Shown here: positions 8,910 through 18,680 of the stretch, one piece after another | Position numbering within the stretch: position 1 is the stretch's first letter | Layout of the letters: each line of letters opens with the position of its first letter | Assembly: GCA_024275795.1 (NCBI GenBank) | Contig: JAJRYJ010000064.1 | Coordinates: 1-56,348 of the forward strand | Source: Actinomycetes bacterium | Lineage (GTDB): Bacteria; Actinomycetota; Thermoleophilia; BMS3ABIN01 | Direction: 5' to 3' | DNA: 56,348 nucleotides | Position numbers and translations under genes: made by a program | The notes under the pieces: generated by a model | The model's database searches: none | What the model saw: only the letters and a program-made list of their open reading frames with translations | Told to the model about the DNA's origin: nothing

Positions 8910-9881
8910 CTATTTCGACGGCGAGGCCTTCTCCTCCGCCAGGAACTTCCTGAACCACTCGATGGTGCTCTTCAGGCCGTCCTGCACCGGCACCGTGGGC
9001 TCCCAGCCGATGGTCTCCCTGGCCAGGGTGATATCGGGACGCCGCCGCCTGGGGTCGTCCGTAGGCAGCGCCTGGTAGACGATCTTGCTGGCCGAGCCCG
9101 TCATCTCGATGATCATCTCCGCCAGCTCCTCGATGGTGTATTCCCCCGGGTTGCCCAGGTTCATCGGCAGGTAGTAGTCGCTCATCATCACCCGGTAGAT
9201 GCCGTCCACCAGATCGGAGACGTAGCAGAAGCTGCGCGTCTGACTGCCCTCGCCGAAGACCGTCAGGTGCCTGTCCTCCAGCGCCTGCCTGATGAAGGTG
9301 GGCACGGCGCGGCCGTCGTAGGGGCGCATCCGCGGCCCGTAGGTGTTGAACAGCCTGACGATGCGCGTATCCACGCCCTGCTCGCGCCGGTAGGCCATGG
9401 TGGTGGTCTCGGCGTAGCGCTTGGCCTCGTAGTAGACGCTGCGGGGGCCGATGGGGTTGACGTTGCCCCAGTAATCCTCCGTCTGGGGATGTATCTCCGG
9501 GTCGCCGTAGACTTCGGAAGTGGATGTCAGCAGGAAGCGTGCCCGCTTCCACTTGGCCAGGCCGATGGCGTTGCGGGTGCCGACAGCGCCCACCTTGAGG
9601 GTATGCAGCGCCATCTGCAGGTAGTCGATGGGGCTGGCGGGGCTGGCCAGGTGATATACGTAATCGACTTCCCCGGGAATCTCGATGAAATCGGTGATGT
9701 CCACGTTCATGTAGACGAAATCAGCGGAATCGATGTGCTCCAGGTTGCGCAGGGTGCCGGTGTTGAGGTTGTCCAGGCCGATGACCCGGTGGCCCTTTCC
9801 CAGCAGGTAATCGCAGAGATGCGAGCCGATGAAGCCCGCCGCCCCCGTCACCACTGATACTTTCTGCCGCTCCTTAGCCAA
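8910..9881 (-). CDS. UDP-glucuronate decarboxylase (UDP-xylose synthase) family extended SDR
   Basis: [41 protein letters not shown], Yxxx[19 protein letters not shown]; TTG 9881 with AGGAGG RBS (track start 9908 is an alternative). Confidence 0.9.
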   Translation of the reverse strand: MAKERQKVSVVTGAAGFIGSHLCDYLLGKGHRVIGLDNLNTGTLRNLEHIDSADFVYMNVDITDFIEIPGEVDYVYHLASPASPIDYLQMALHTLKVGAVGTRNAIGLAKWKRARFLLTSTSEVYGDPEIHPQTEDYWGNVNPIGPRSVYYEAKRYAETTTMAYRREQGVDTRIVRLFNTYGPRMRPYDGRAVPTFIRQALEDRHLTVFGEGSQTRSFCYVSDLVDGIYRVMMSDYYLPMNLGNPGEYTIEELAEMIIEMTGSASKIVYQALPTDDPRRRRPDITLARETIGWEPTVPVQDGLKSTIEWFRKFLAEEKASPSK

Positions 9882-10089
9882 TGGTTCCTCCTGTCTGGGC
9901 TTGCCCACTGCTTGCCCACTATTTAACCCGATCAGCGCCTGGCCGTTTCGCGGCCCCCCTTTTTTCTATAAAATATATTCTCACATTTCGCGGTTGCATA
10001 CTATCAGCCCGCTGGCCGGCCTGCCGTAAAAGAGGGGTTCGGACGCGGCGGGGGAAATCATTAGCGACCGCCGTCCCAAGGGATAAAAG

Positions 10090-10524
10090 ATGAACCGAAT
10101 CCAGATAGTGGCCATGGTCGTCGCCGGCCTGATGACCATCACCCTCTTCCAGCTTATCCGCAAGAAGAAGCTGAAGGAGCAGTACTCGCTGCTATGGTTC
10201 CTCACCATCATCGTCATCGTCGCCCTGGCGCTCTGGGAGCCGCTGCTGGAACGCATCGCCGAGGCCGTCGGCATCCAGGTCCCCTCCAACGCCCTCTTCC
10301 TGCTGGCGCTGATGTTCCTCTTCGGCATGGCGCTGCACTTTTCGCTGCTGGTGTCACGGCTGACGGACCAGAGCAAGATGCTGGCCCAGAAGCTGGCGCT
10401 GCTGGAGCGCGACCAGCGGGTGGCGGCGGAAGCCGGGGACGCGGGCGGGAGAAGTACTGGTTCCACTGCTGCCGCAGCGGATTCAGCCGAGGCCCCCGCT
10501 GTCAGGGACGATGACCGTGACTGA
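10090..10524 (+). CDS. DUF2304 small membrane protein (GacJ/Rv3632-like activator of polyprenyl-phosphate sugar synthases)
   Basis: IRKKKLKEQYSLLW, IAEAVGI.VPSNALF, C-terminal amphipathic LAQKLALLE; three TM segments. Confidence 0.85.
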   Translation: MNRIQIVAMVVAGLMTITLFQLIRKKKLKEQYSLLWFLTIIVIVALALWEPLLERIAEAVGIQVPSNALFLLALMFLFGMALHFSLLVSRLTDQSKMLAQKLALLERDQRVAAEAGDAGGRSTGSTAAAADSAEAPAVRDDDRD

Positions 10525-11548
10525 GCCCGGCTCCATGCGCAGCCGGCTCTCGGCGCTTTTCGGTTCGCGCCTGTTCCGGGCCGCGGTCAGCATCGGGCTG
10601 CTGGCGGCGTTGCTCGTCACCGTGGACCTGCGCGAACTGGGGTCCACCTTGGGCAGCGTCTCCCCCGGCCTGCTGGCGCTGGGCATCTTCGTCTTCCTGG
10701 TGGCCAACATGGTCAGCGTCTCCAAGTGGAGCCTCATCATCAGCGCCCAGGGCGAGCGCGTCTCGTTCTTCTACCTGACGACGCTGTTCTACATCGGCCT
10801 CTTCTTCAACAACTTCCTGCCGACGAACTTCGGCGGCGATGTCATCAAAGCATTCAGACTCTCGCGTGCCACCGGCCACGGAGCCGACGCCGCCGGGTCC
10901 GTGGTGCTGGACCGGGTCAGTTCGGTGCTGGCGCTGCTGCTGATAGCGGTGGTGCCGGCGCTGGTGGAACTGCGGCTGCTGGGCACCGGCCTGCTGCTGC
11001 TGGTATTGGGTATGCTGGCGCTGCTGGCGCTGCTCATCGGCCTCTTCGCCAGCGAGCGGGCGGCGCGGCGGCTGGGCGGCCTCTTCCGCGCCGACCCCAT
11101 CGGCATCCGCAAGCACCTCAAGAGCTTCTATTATTCCATCCATGATTTCCGCGGCCAGCGGCGCACCCTGCTCTCGGTGATGCTCATCTCCCTGGCTTAC
11201 CAGGGGCTGCAGGTATTCACGGTCTACGTTTTGGCACTCTCGCTGGGAATCGACGTGCCGCTGGTCTATTATTTCATCTTCATCCCCATCGTCCTCGCCG
11301 TAAGCATGGTACCCATCTCGCTCAACGGCCTGGGCATCCGCGAGCTGACCTGGGTGGTACTCTTCGGCCAGGTGAGCGTATCACAGGCCGAGGCCATCTC
11401 CATGTCCATCCTGGCGTTCCTGGTGATGACGGTGGTCAGCCTGGCGGGCGGCGTCTTCTACATGTTTGACCGCACGACTCCGGCATCGGAACAGACTGCC
11501 GAGGCTGCGCGGGCAGCCCCCCGGGAGGCGGGACATGGCAGCTCCTAG
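10511..11548 (+). CDS. Lysylphosphatidylglycerol synthase TM-domain (flippase-like) protein
   Basis: IGLFFNNFLPTNFGGDVIK, SVVLDR, PISLNGLGIRE motifs; ~8 TM segments. Confidence 0.88.
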   Translation: MTVTEPGSMRSRLSALFGSRLFRAAVSIGLLAALLVTVDLRELGSTLGSVSPGLLALGIFVFLVANMVSVSKWSLIISAQGERVSFFYLTTLFYIGLFFNNFLPTNFGGDVIKAFRLSRATGHGADAAGSVVLDRVSSVLALLLIAVVPALVELRLLGTGLLLLVLGMLALLALLIGLFASERAARRLGGLFRADPIGIRKHLKSFYYSIHDFRGQRRTLLSVMLISLAYQGLQVFTVYVLALSLGIDVPLVYYFIFIPIVLAVSMVPISLNGLGIRELTWVVLFGQVSVSQAEAISMSILAFLVMTVVSLAGGVFYMFDRTTPASEQTAEAARAAPREAGHGSS

Positions 11549-12245
11549 AATCATCGTCATCGTGCCGGCCCACAACGAGGCCGCCAACCTGGCGGGCGTC
11601 ATCGCCGACATCCGCGCCCACAGCGACGCCGATATCGTCGTCGTCAACGACGGCTCGAACGACGATACGCCCGGTATCACCCTGCGGGAGGGCGCAGAAC
11701 TGCTGAACCTGCCCTTCAACCTGGGCATCGGCAGCGCCATGCAGACCGGCTTCAAGTTCGCCTGGCGCGAAGGCTACGACATAGCCCTGCAGGTGGACGG
11801 CGACGGACAGCACGACGCCACCCACATCTCCAGCCTGCTCAAGCCGCTGCTGGCAGGCGAGTGCGACATGGTCGTGGGTTCGCGTTATCTCAAGGATAAC
11901 GGCTACGAGGGCTCCGCCACACGACGCCTGGGCACGGCCGCCTTCTCCCGCATCGTCTCGCTGATGCTGCGGCAGAAGCTGACGGACGCCACCTCGGGGT
12001 TCCGCGCCATCAATGCCCGCATGATCGAACTCTTCGCCAACGACTATCCCCGCGACTACCCGGAGGTGGAGGCGCTGCTGCTGGCCCATCTGGCGCGGCT
12101 GCGGGTGATGGAAGTTCCTGTGACCATGCGGTAACGGGAGGGCGGCCGCTCCTCCATCAATTTCTTCCGCTCCATCTACTACGCCGTCAAGGTCTTCCTG
12201 GCGCTGCTGGTGGGTTATTCGCAACGGCGGGCGCCGGAGTCCTGA
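11535..12245 (+). pseudogene. DPM1-like GT2 polyprenyl-phosphate glycosyltransferase interrupted by in-frame TAA at 12132-12134
   Basis: PAHNE, VVNDGSND, QVDGDGQHD, DATSGFRA; after the stop the frame continues REGGRSSINFFRSIYYAVKVFLALL to a TGA overlapping the next ATG (TGATG 12243-12247). True nonsense allele or base error. Confidence 0.82.
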
Positions 12246-12964
12246 TGCCCATGAGCCGCCGGGGTTACTACGACTATTATTTTTCCAGCGAGGAGATCGA
12301 GGGCAGCGCTGCGCGTATCCGCGCCCTGAACGAGCTTGTCTACGGGCGGATCTCCCCCCACGTCATGCCCGGGTCGCCGGTGCTGGAGCTGGGGGTCGGC
12401 AAGGGGTTCTTCGCCTGGATCTGCCGCGACCACGGCCATGATTACCTCGGAGTCGAGGCCAATGGCGAGCAGTGCGCCCGGCTCAAGAAACAGGGGCTCG
12501 ACGTCATCTGCGCCCAGGTGCCGCCCCTGCCGCCGGAGCTCGAGGACGAATACGGTCTGATCTATGCCGCCCACCTGCTTGAACACCTGCCCGGCAGCCG
12601 CGCCGTGCATGAGCTACTGAGCCAGTGCCGTGACAGGCTCGCCGGCGGCGGCGCCGTCGCCATGCTCTTCCCGGACGCCGAATCCATGGGGTCCGACTTC
12701 TGGAACTGTGACTATACCCATACCTATGCCACTACCGGGCGCCGCATCGCCCAGGCCATGACCGACGCGGGGCTCAGGGTCGTTACAGTCCAGACGTTCA
12801 ACGGCCACTACCGCGGTGGCAGGCGCCTGCTGGCGCGGGCCGGTTCCAGCAGGCTGGTGCGCAGCGTCACGCAGGCGCTTGCCCGCGAACCGGCCAGGCG
12901 TGAACGATATTACCGCGGCTGGCTCTACCTGCAGAAAACCATCCTCGTCGTGGGGAAGCACTGA
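12245..12964 (+). CDS. Class I SAM-dependent methyltransferase
   Basis: VLELGVGKG motif I, GVE motif, HLLEHLP, DYTH. Confidence 0.85.
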   Translation: MPMSRRGYYDYYFSSEEIEGSAARIRALNELVYGRISPHVMPGSPVLELGVGKGFFAWICRDHGHDYLGVEANGEQCARLKKQGLDVICAQVPPLPPELEDEYGLIYAAHLLEHLPGSRAVHELLSQCRDRLAGGGAVAMLFPDAESMGSDFWNCDYTHTYATTGRRIAQAMTDAGLRVVTVQTFNGHYRGGRRLLARAGSSRLVRSVTQALAREPARRERYYRGWLYLQKTILVVGKH

Positions 12965-12972
12965 CCGCCGGC

Positions 12973-13992
12973 ATGGGAATGACCAAACCGCCCGTAAGCA
13001 TCGTTATCCCCGCCTACAACGCCCGGGAACACCTGTCCCGGGTGCTCGACGGAATCATTGAGCAGGACTATGACGGCCTCATCGATGTCGTCGTGGTCAA
13101 CGACGGCAGCAGCGACGACACGCTGCAGATGGCAGAGAACTACCGTGACAGCAAGCGACTGCCGGACAACCGCAGCCTGCGCGTCATCGATCAGCAGAAC
13201 CAGGGGGCGGCGGCGGCTACCAATACCGGCATCGAGGCCTCGAACCACGCGATAGTCTGCAGCGTCGACTCCGACGTGGTCTTGCATCGCGACTGGCTGG
13301 GAAAGATAATCGAGGAGATGCAGGACGAATCAGTCGCGGCGGCGCAGGGATATTACAAGACGCCTTCCGGCGTTTCATTCTGGGCGAGGATGATGGGTTA
13401 CGATGTCGAGGCCCGCTACGACGCCATCGACACCAGGTATGTGACACAGGTATGCACGGGCGACACCGCCTACCGCAGGTCCGCGCTGGAGAAAACAGGC
13501 TTGTTTGATACCAGCTTCAAATACGGCTACGACAACAACATGAGCTATCGGCTCCTGGCCGCCGGCTACAGGCTGGTCTTCAGGAAGGATGCCGTCTGTG
13601 ACCATTACTGGAAAGCTGACCTCATGAGCTACATCAGACAGCAGTACCGTTCAGGCATCGGCCGCCTGCAGCTGGTCGTCAGGCACAGCGAACATGTGAC
13701 CGGGGACAGCGTCTCGGGGATGCGGATGATGATGCAGGTACCGCTGACGTCCCTCTTCTTCATCTCGCTGTTCTTCAGTTTCGTGATCTACGGGTTCAAT
13801 CCACAGGGTCTCTACCTGCTGCTGGTGTCCGCCGTATCACTGGGGGCGCTGCTGCTCGACCGCACCGCCTTCGCCGTCGGGGTCTACCGCAAGCAGCGTG
13901 ACCCGTCGGTGGCGCTGATGCCCCTGGTACACCTTTTACGGAATGTCGTCTGGTGCTGGGCCCTCTTGCGCTGGGCGCTGGGGGCCCGGTGA
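12973..13992 (+). CDS. Glycosyltransferase family 2 with C-terminal TM helices
   Basis: SIVIPAYN, VVNDGSSDDT, DSD motif, RQQYRSG (QxxRW-like), hydrophobic C-terminus. Confidence 0.88.
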   Translation: MGMTKPPVSIVIPAYNAREHLSRVLDGIIEQDYDGLIDVVVVNDGSSDDTLQMAENYRDSKRLPDNRSLRVIDQQNQGAAAATNTGIEASNHAIVCSVDSDVVLHRDWLGKIIEEMQDESVAAAQGYYKTPSGVSFWARMMGYDVEARYDAIDTRYVTQVCTGDTAYRRSALEKTGLFDTSFKYGYDNNMSYRLLAAGYRLVFRKDAVCDHYWKADLMSYIRQQYRSGIGRLQLVVRHSEHVTGDSVSGMRMMMQVPLTSLFFISLFFSFVIYGFNPQGLYLLLVSAVSLGALLLDRTAFAVGVYRKQRDPSVALMPLVHLLRNVVWCWALLRWALGAR

Positions 13993-15494
13993 GCGGGTCC
14001 GCCGACAACCGCGGCGGCGCGCACCCAGTCGGGCCGCCCGGCCCGAAACGCGTCTGCCTGCTGGTGCCGCCGGCGCGTTCCGCTGACAAGGTCCCGGAGC
14101 GTGTCTACGGCTGCACCTTCACCTATTACCGCCAACCGGAGCTCCCCATGCTCTACGTAGCGTCGTTGCTGGAACAGGACGGCCATGCAGTCGAACTTAA
14201 GGACTACTCCGAAGACAGCTGGCAGGACTTCACCGGAGACCTAGCCTCATTCGACTACGACATCTATGTCCTGCATACGGTGCTGCTGGCCGAAAGCGTC
14301 GACCTGCGGGCGGCGCGTCAGATCCTTGAACATACGGAGGCCCACGTCATCTTCTTCGGCCCCCATCCCACCCTGAAGCCGCGCGACTTCCTGCCCTCGG
14401 AGCGCTGCGTCGTCGCCCGCGGCGAGGCCGAGTTCATCATCCGTGACCTGGTGCGGGCCCTGCCGGATGGCGATCTCAATACCATCAAGGGCATCTCCTG
14501 CCTGGACAACGGCGAGCTCATGGAGACCGAAAGCTACGGCGTCATCGACGACCTGGACTCCCTGCCCTTCCCCTCCAGGCACCTGCTCGACGAGGAACGG
14601 GACAGCTTCTACAATCCCAAGTTGCCGGATAAGCCCGTCACCCTGCTGCTCTCATCCCGCGGTTGCAGCTTCCGCTGTTACTATTGCGTGCCCAACTCCA
14701 TCAGCTGGGCGCGGGAGCTTGAGTGGAAGCGCTTCCACGACGGCAGGAAGCCGCCCGTAAAGCTGCGCTCGCCGGAGAACATCGCCAAGGAGTTCAGCGA
14801 ACTGAAACAGCAGGGATACCGTTCCGTCTCCATCATCGACGACATGTTCCTCTTCGGCGGCAAGAAGCGCATCATGGACATCAGCGAGCGCATCAGGGGA
14901 CTGGGGCTCAAGTTCGGCATCCTCGCCCGTTGCAACTTCGTCGCCGACGAGGAGCTGGTAAAAGCCCTGGCGGACGCCGGCTGCGTCTATGTCGACCTCG
15001 GCATCGAATCCATGGACCAGCGGGTGCTTGACGATATCCGAAAGGATACGGACGTCTCTGAGGTATACGAAGCCATCAGGGTGCTTTCGCGCTGCGGCGT
15101 CGAGCCCAAGGCGAACATCATGATCGGCTCCTCGTCGCTGGAAACCAGGGAAAGCATCGACAGGACCGTCAGCGAGATCTCGGACCTGCCGCTCAACTAC
15201 TGCATGTTCAGCATCGCCACCCCCTTCCCCGGCACCGAGTTCGCGGAGATGGCCGAGCAGGAAGGCTGGACTGTGAAACCAGAGATCTATGACCTTGAAA
15301 GCAACCTCTCCCCCACGGACAAGTCGCTGGTCTCCTATCCGGGGCTGTCCAGGGAGGAGATGGAGCAGGCGGTCAAACAGGCCAACCGCCGCTTCTACCT
15401 GCGTCCACGCCGCGCCTGGTTCTTCATCCGCCGGCTGACATCACTGAAGGCCCTCAGGGAACTGATATCCACAGGGTGGAAGGTGATTCGCTGA
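13989..15494 (+). CDS. Cobalamin-binding-domain radical SAM protein
   Basis: GPHPT and RGEAE in the B12-domain region, SRGCSFRCYYC (CxxxCxxC), LGIES, TPFPGTE; GTG 13989 overlaps the upstream TGA (GTGA). Confidence 0.9.
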   Translation: MSGSADNRGGAHPVGPPGPKRVCLLVPPARSADKVPERVYGCTFTYYRQPELPMLYVASLLEQDGHAVELKDYSEDSWQDFTGDLASFDYDIYVLHTVLLAESVDLRAARQILEHTEAHVIFFGPHPTLKPRDFLPSERCVVARGEAEFIIRDLVRALPDGDLNTIKGISCLDNGELMETESYGVIDDLDSLPFPSRHLLDEERDSFYNPKLPDKPVTLLLSSRGCSFRCYYCVPNSISWARELEWKRFHDGRKPPVKLRSPENIAKEFSELKQQGYRSVSIIDDMFLFGGKKRIMDISERIRGLGLKFGILARCNFVADEELVKALADAGCVYVDLGIESMDQRVLDDIRKDTDVSEVYEAIRVLSRCGVEPKANIMIGSSSLETRESIDRTVSEISDLPLNYCMFSIATPFPGTEFAEMAEQEGWTVKPEIYDLESNLSPTDKSLVSYPGLSREEMEQAVKQANRRFYLRPRRAWFFIRRLTSLKALRELISTGWKVIR

Positions 15495-15567
15495 CCAGGG
15501 CTCACGCCCACCACAGCCGCGTCCGGGAAAGGGGTCACGGCAAGAACGGGAGTTGTGCCATTGCGCA

Positions 15568-18519
15568 CTATTGCGGGATGATGCCGTCTACCTCGTTGAA
15601 GGAACTGTTGTAGACCGTACGCTGGCTGGCAAGGATCGGCTGGCCGCCCGAGACCACCCGCACCGGCCCGTTCATCACCCCCGGGAAAGTAAGCGCCTGC
15701 ACGGTGCCGGCCGCCAGGCTCAGAGTCGGTCCCTGCTTGACGCCGCCGATGAATATCTCAGCCGTCGTATCAAGCGTCCCCTGGTTGCTCACCAGGATAT
15801 ATGTGGTCATTCCTCCCGAGAGCTGGTCGTACCAGGTGAACCAGGAGTCCGTTGAGAGGCTGCCGTGAGCGGCTCCCTGCAGCTCCTCGAAAGAGCTTCC
15901 CATCAGGGTGCGCTCGCTGACCACAAGCTGCTCGCCGCCGGTGGATCTGACTTTCACCGGCCCATCCCTCAGGCCCGGGAAGCTGACCGCCTCGACACCG
16001 CCCGCCGCCAGGCTCAGGGTCGGTCCCTGCTTGAAGCCGCCGATGAAGACCTCCGCGTCAACCGGCGCGGCGGTGGGGTTGGCAACCAGTATCCATGTCT
16101 GAAAACCCGGCGACAGCTGATCGTACCAGTTGAAGTCAAATTCATCGGAGAGCCCCGAAGCAGGCACGCCCATCACTTCGCTGAAATAACCGTTGAAGGT
16201 GACGCGCTGGCTCACCACCAGCGGCTGACCATTGGTGGACCGCACGTAGACCGGTCCGTCGATGATCCCCGGGAACTGGGGAGTTACCATCTCGCCGGGG
16301 TTAAGGCCGTAACTGCCTGCGGGCGTCCCCATGTCGCCGATGTAGACCTCGGCCGTAGTCGCCTGCGTCCCCTGGTTGCTCACCAGCATCCAGCTCTGCA
16401 TGCCCGGCGAATACTGGTCATACCAGGCCAGGTAGTATTCGGAATCCAGCTGCGACGCCGCCACGGCGGTCACTTCGGTGAAATTGCCGTTGAAGAGCAC
16501 CCGCTGGCTGGCCAGCAACAGCCCGCTTCCGGGCGAGAACACCTCCACCGGGCCCGCCATCACCCCGGGAAACTCCGGGGTCACCCTGCCCTGGGCGGCG
16601 ATCTGCCAGCCTCCCCGGTAGAAACCGCCGATCTCGACGCTGCCGATGTCCGCCTCGGTGGCGGACGGGTTACCTATCAGCACCCAGTTGCGCATGCCGG
16701 GAGAGAGCTGGTCGTACCAGGTGAAGTACTGGCTGACGGGAGAGGGCGGCGGCGCCCCCATGGCCAGCTTGCCGCTGCCGAAGAGGTTATCCTTGCCGGG
16801 GTCGCCCAGGTCGGTGGCGCCTGCCTCCAGCACGCTCATAAGCGTGGCCGATGAATACCCGGGGTATGCGCCCTTAAGCAGCGCCGCCGCTCCGGCCACG
16901 TGGGGAGTGGATGCCGACGTGCCGGCAAAGCCGCTGGGCCCGTATGTCCCAGTGGAGACACCGGTGGGCGCGGTGATATCCGGCTTGATCCTGCCGTCGG
17001 CCGTGGGCCCCCGGGAGCTGTAGGACGCCAGGCTGGTGCTGCCCACAGGCACCGCTCCCACCGTCATCACCGCCGCGTTATCCGCAGGCTGCCCCGCCAG
17101 GCTACCCGCGGCCACCTGGTATTCAAGGCTGTTGAAATATCCAAACAGCTCCAGGTCAGCATTGCCGTCGGCACCGGCGTTCCTCACGGAAATATAATAG
17201 GTGCCGCCCTGGCCGAAGGGCACCTTGTAATAGATTGCTTCCGCCGGTTCCTGTGAGCCGTTCTGCCAGTCCAGAGAAGACGCAACCGGTTCCGGGTTGC
17301 CGGCCTTGAACAGGTAGAGGTCATAGTCCTGGTCTGTCTGCGGCCACTTGTCCCAGGTCAGGTAAGCGTATATCTCAGACCCCACCGAAACAGTACCCTG
17401 GAAGTTGTTTCCCTCGTCGGCGCCGGAGAACTCGTGCCAGCTGTCGGAATCCGCGTCACTGAAGGCTCCACTCCAGTGATTGAGGGCACCGTTACCCGAG
17501 GCATTTACCCAGAGGATGCCCGCCGTGGTCGCCGTATCGGCAATGTCGTTGACCGTGCCGGAACCGTCACCACGGAAGGCGTATGGCCAGGCCCACGATG
17601 CGGATATCACGTCCACGCCCTGGCTGATGAGATAGGAGACGGCATTGCCCAGCTCGACCTCCGTCTCGAAGTTCACCAGGTAGAGCTGGGCCTCCGGCGC
17701 CATGTCGTAGACGACCTCGGCGCAAGCCGTGCCGTGGTCGGTGGTGTTATTGATATCACCATCCGCGCGGAAAGAGGCAGTTATCACGTTTGCGGGCAGT
17801 TCGCCGCCTTCGATGCGCAGGCCGTAACCGCTGAAGCCCAGGTCGAGTACGGCGACCTTCGTCCCCGCCCCCTTGTGAAGTGCCGCCTGCCAGATATCGG
17901 CTGAAACATCTGCCACACCCTCACTCGTATAAGCGCTGACCAGCGGTGTGCGGGGCTCCCTCACGTAGGAAACAGCCGATGCCGCCGCCAGCTCTTCAAG
18001 ACTTTCGATGGGTACGGAAGCCTGCAGCAGGCTCCGGTAACTTGACTCGACGACGCCGTCCGCAGCCAGCACCAGCGCTGCGGCATCGACCAGCGGTTCG
18101 CCTGCGCCCCCTGCCGCCTCGATGACGACGCGGACCCTGCCGTCCTCCAGGTCCATCCCCCGCAAGCGGGCGAAATCTTCCATCTGCGCCCGCGATCCGG
18201 ATTCAGCCAACAGGGCCAGCTGGGCCAGGGACGACTGGAGGTCGCTGTCCTTGACGGTCAAGGACTGGAGCTTGCCGAAGTCTTCATCACCGAAAGGTGT
18301 GGTCTGCTCCTCTGCTACTCCCGGGGCGGCAGCTGTGGCTGCTGTTTCCGGGGTCTCATCGGCTGGCGCAACCTTTATCGCTCCCAACACTGGATCGTCG
18401 ACTGCATCAGCCGGTGAACCGCCCGCCCGGCCACTGAAGAAAAGGATGCCCGCGAGCACAGCGGCGATTATCAGCAACAACGCCGCAAATCCCGTTTTTC
18501 TCCCTGTTTTTATACTCAT
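15568..18519 (-). CDS. Secreted subtilase (peptidase S8) with four C-terminal FxWYD repeats
   Basis: N-terminal signal/TM, propeptide, triad VAVLDLG / DHGTAC / GTSASTPHVAG, SSRGPTADGRIKPD, inserted PPC-like DYDLYL domain; repeat module at ~15571-16730. Confidence 0.9.
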   Translation of the reverse strand: MSIKTGRKTGFAALLLIIAAVLAGILFFSGRAGGSPADAVDDPVLGAIKVAPADETPETAATAAAPGVAEEQTTPFGDEDFGKLQSLTVKDSDLQSSLAQLALLAESGSRAQMEDFARLRGMDLEDGRVRVVIEAAGGAGEPLVDAAALVLAADGVVESSYRSLLQASVPIESLEELAAASAVSYVREPRTPLVSAYTSEGVADVSADIWQAALHKGAGTKVAVLDLGFSGYGLRIEGGELPANVITASFRADGDINNTTDHGTACAEVVYDMAPEAQLYLVNFETEVELGNAVSYLISQGVDVISASWAWPYAFRGDGSGTVNDIADTATTAGILWVNASGNGALNHWSGAFSDADSDSWHEFSGADEGNNFQGTVSVGSEIYAYLTWDKWPQTDQDYDLYLFKAGNPEPVASSLDWQNGSQEPAEAIYYKVPFGQGGTYYISVRNAGADGNADLELFGYFNSLEYQVAAGSLAGQPADNAAVMTVGAVPVGSTSLASYSSRGPTADGRIKPDITAPTGVSTGTYGPSGFAGTSASTPHVAGAAALLKGAYPGYSSATLMSVLEAGATDLGDPGKDNLFGSGKLAMGAPPPSPVSQYFTWYDQLSPGMRNWVLIGNPSATEADIGSVEIGGFYRGGWQIAAQGRVTPEFPGVMAGPVEVFSPGSGLLLASQRVLFNGNFTEVTAVAASQLDSEYYLAWYDQYSPGMQSWMLVSNQGTQATTAEVYIGDMGTPAGSYGLNPGEMVTPQFPGIIDGPVYVRSTNGQPLVVSQRVTFNGYFSEVMGVPASGLSDEFDFNWYDQLSPGFQTWILVANPTAAPVDAEVFIGGFKQGPTLSLAAGGVEAVSFPGLRDGPVKVRSTGGEQLVVSERTLMGSSFEELQGAAHGSLSTDSWFTWYDQLSGGMTTYILVSNQGTLDTTAEIFIGGVKQGPTLSLAAGTVQALTFPGVMNGPVRVVSGGQPILASQRTVYNSSFNEVDGIIPQ
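15571..16730 (-). repeat. Four tandem ~97-aa protein repeats (FxWYD...W.L..N...GPV.V...SQR...F.E)
   Basis: Units begin YFTWYDQ, YLAWYDQ, FNWYDQ and WFTWYDQ in the translated protein. Confidence 0.9.
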
Positions 18520-18602
18520 CCGCAATCAATCCCTCAATATCCATCATCTCACATCATCCATTATAGATATCGGCAGCGTCATTTGCCTGAAGCTCACATT
18601 TA

Positions 18603-18670
18603 CGGCAGCCGCCGGCGCTTCCTATCTGTTGATGGACTGCGGTATGATTTGACCGCGCCGGCGGCTGCCG
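18603..18670. repeat. Perfect 16-bp inverted repeat enclosing a 36-bp promoter-like spacer
   Basis: CGGCAGCCGCCGGCGC (18603-18618) and GCGCCGGCGGCTGCCG (18655-18670); the spacer holds TATGAT at 18643-18648. Confidence 0.85.
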
Positions 18671-18680
18671 GCTCCTGCAA

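Noticed and set aside
8704-9078. 124-aa plus-strand ORF
   Set aside because: Antisense to tRNA-Gly and the decarboxylase 3' end.
9899-9920. Tandem 11-bp duplication GCTTGCCCACT x2
   Set aside because: Only two copies in a leader; simple slippage with no evident function.
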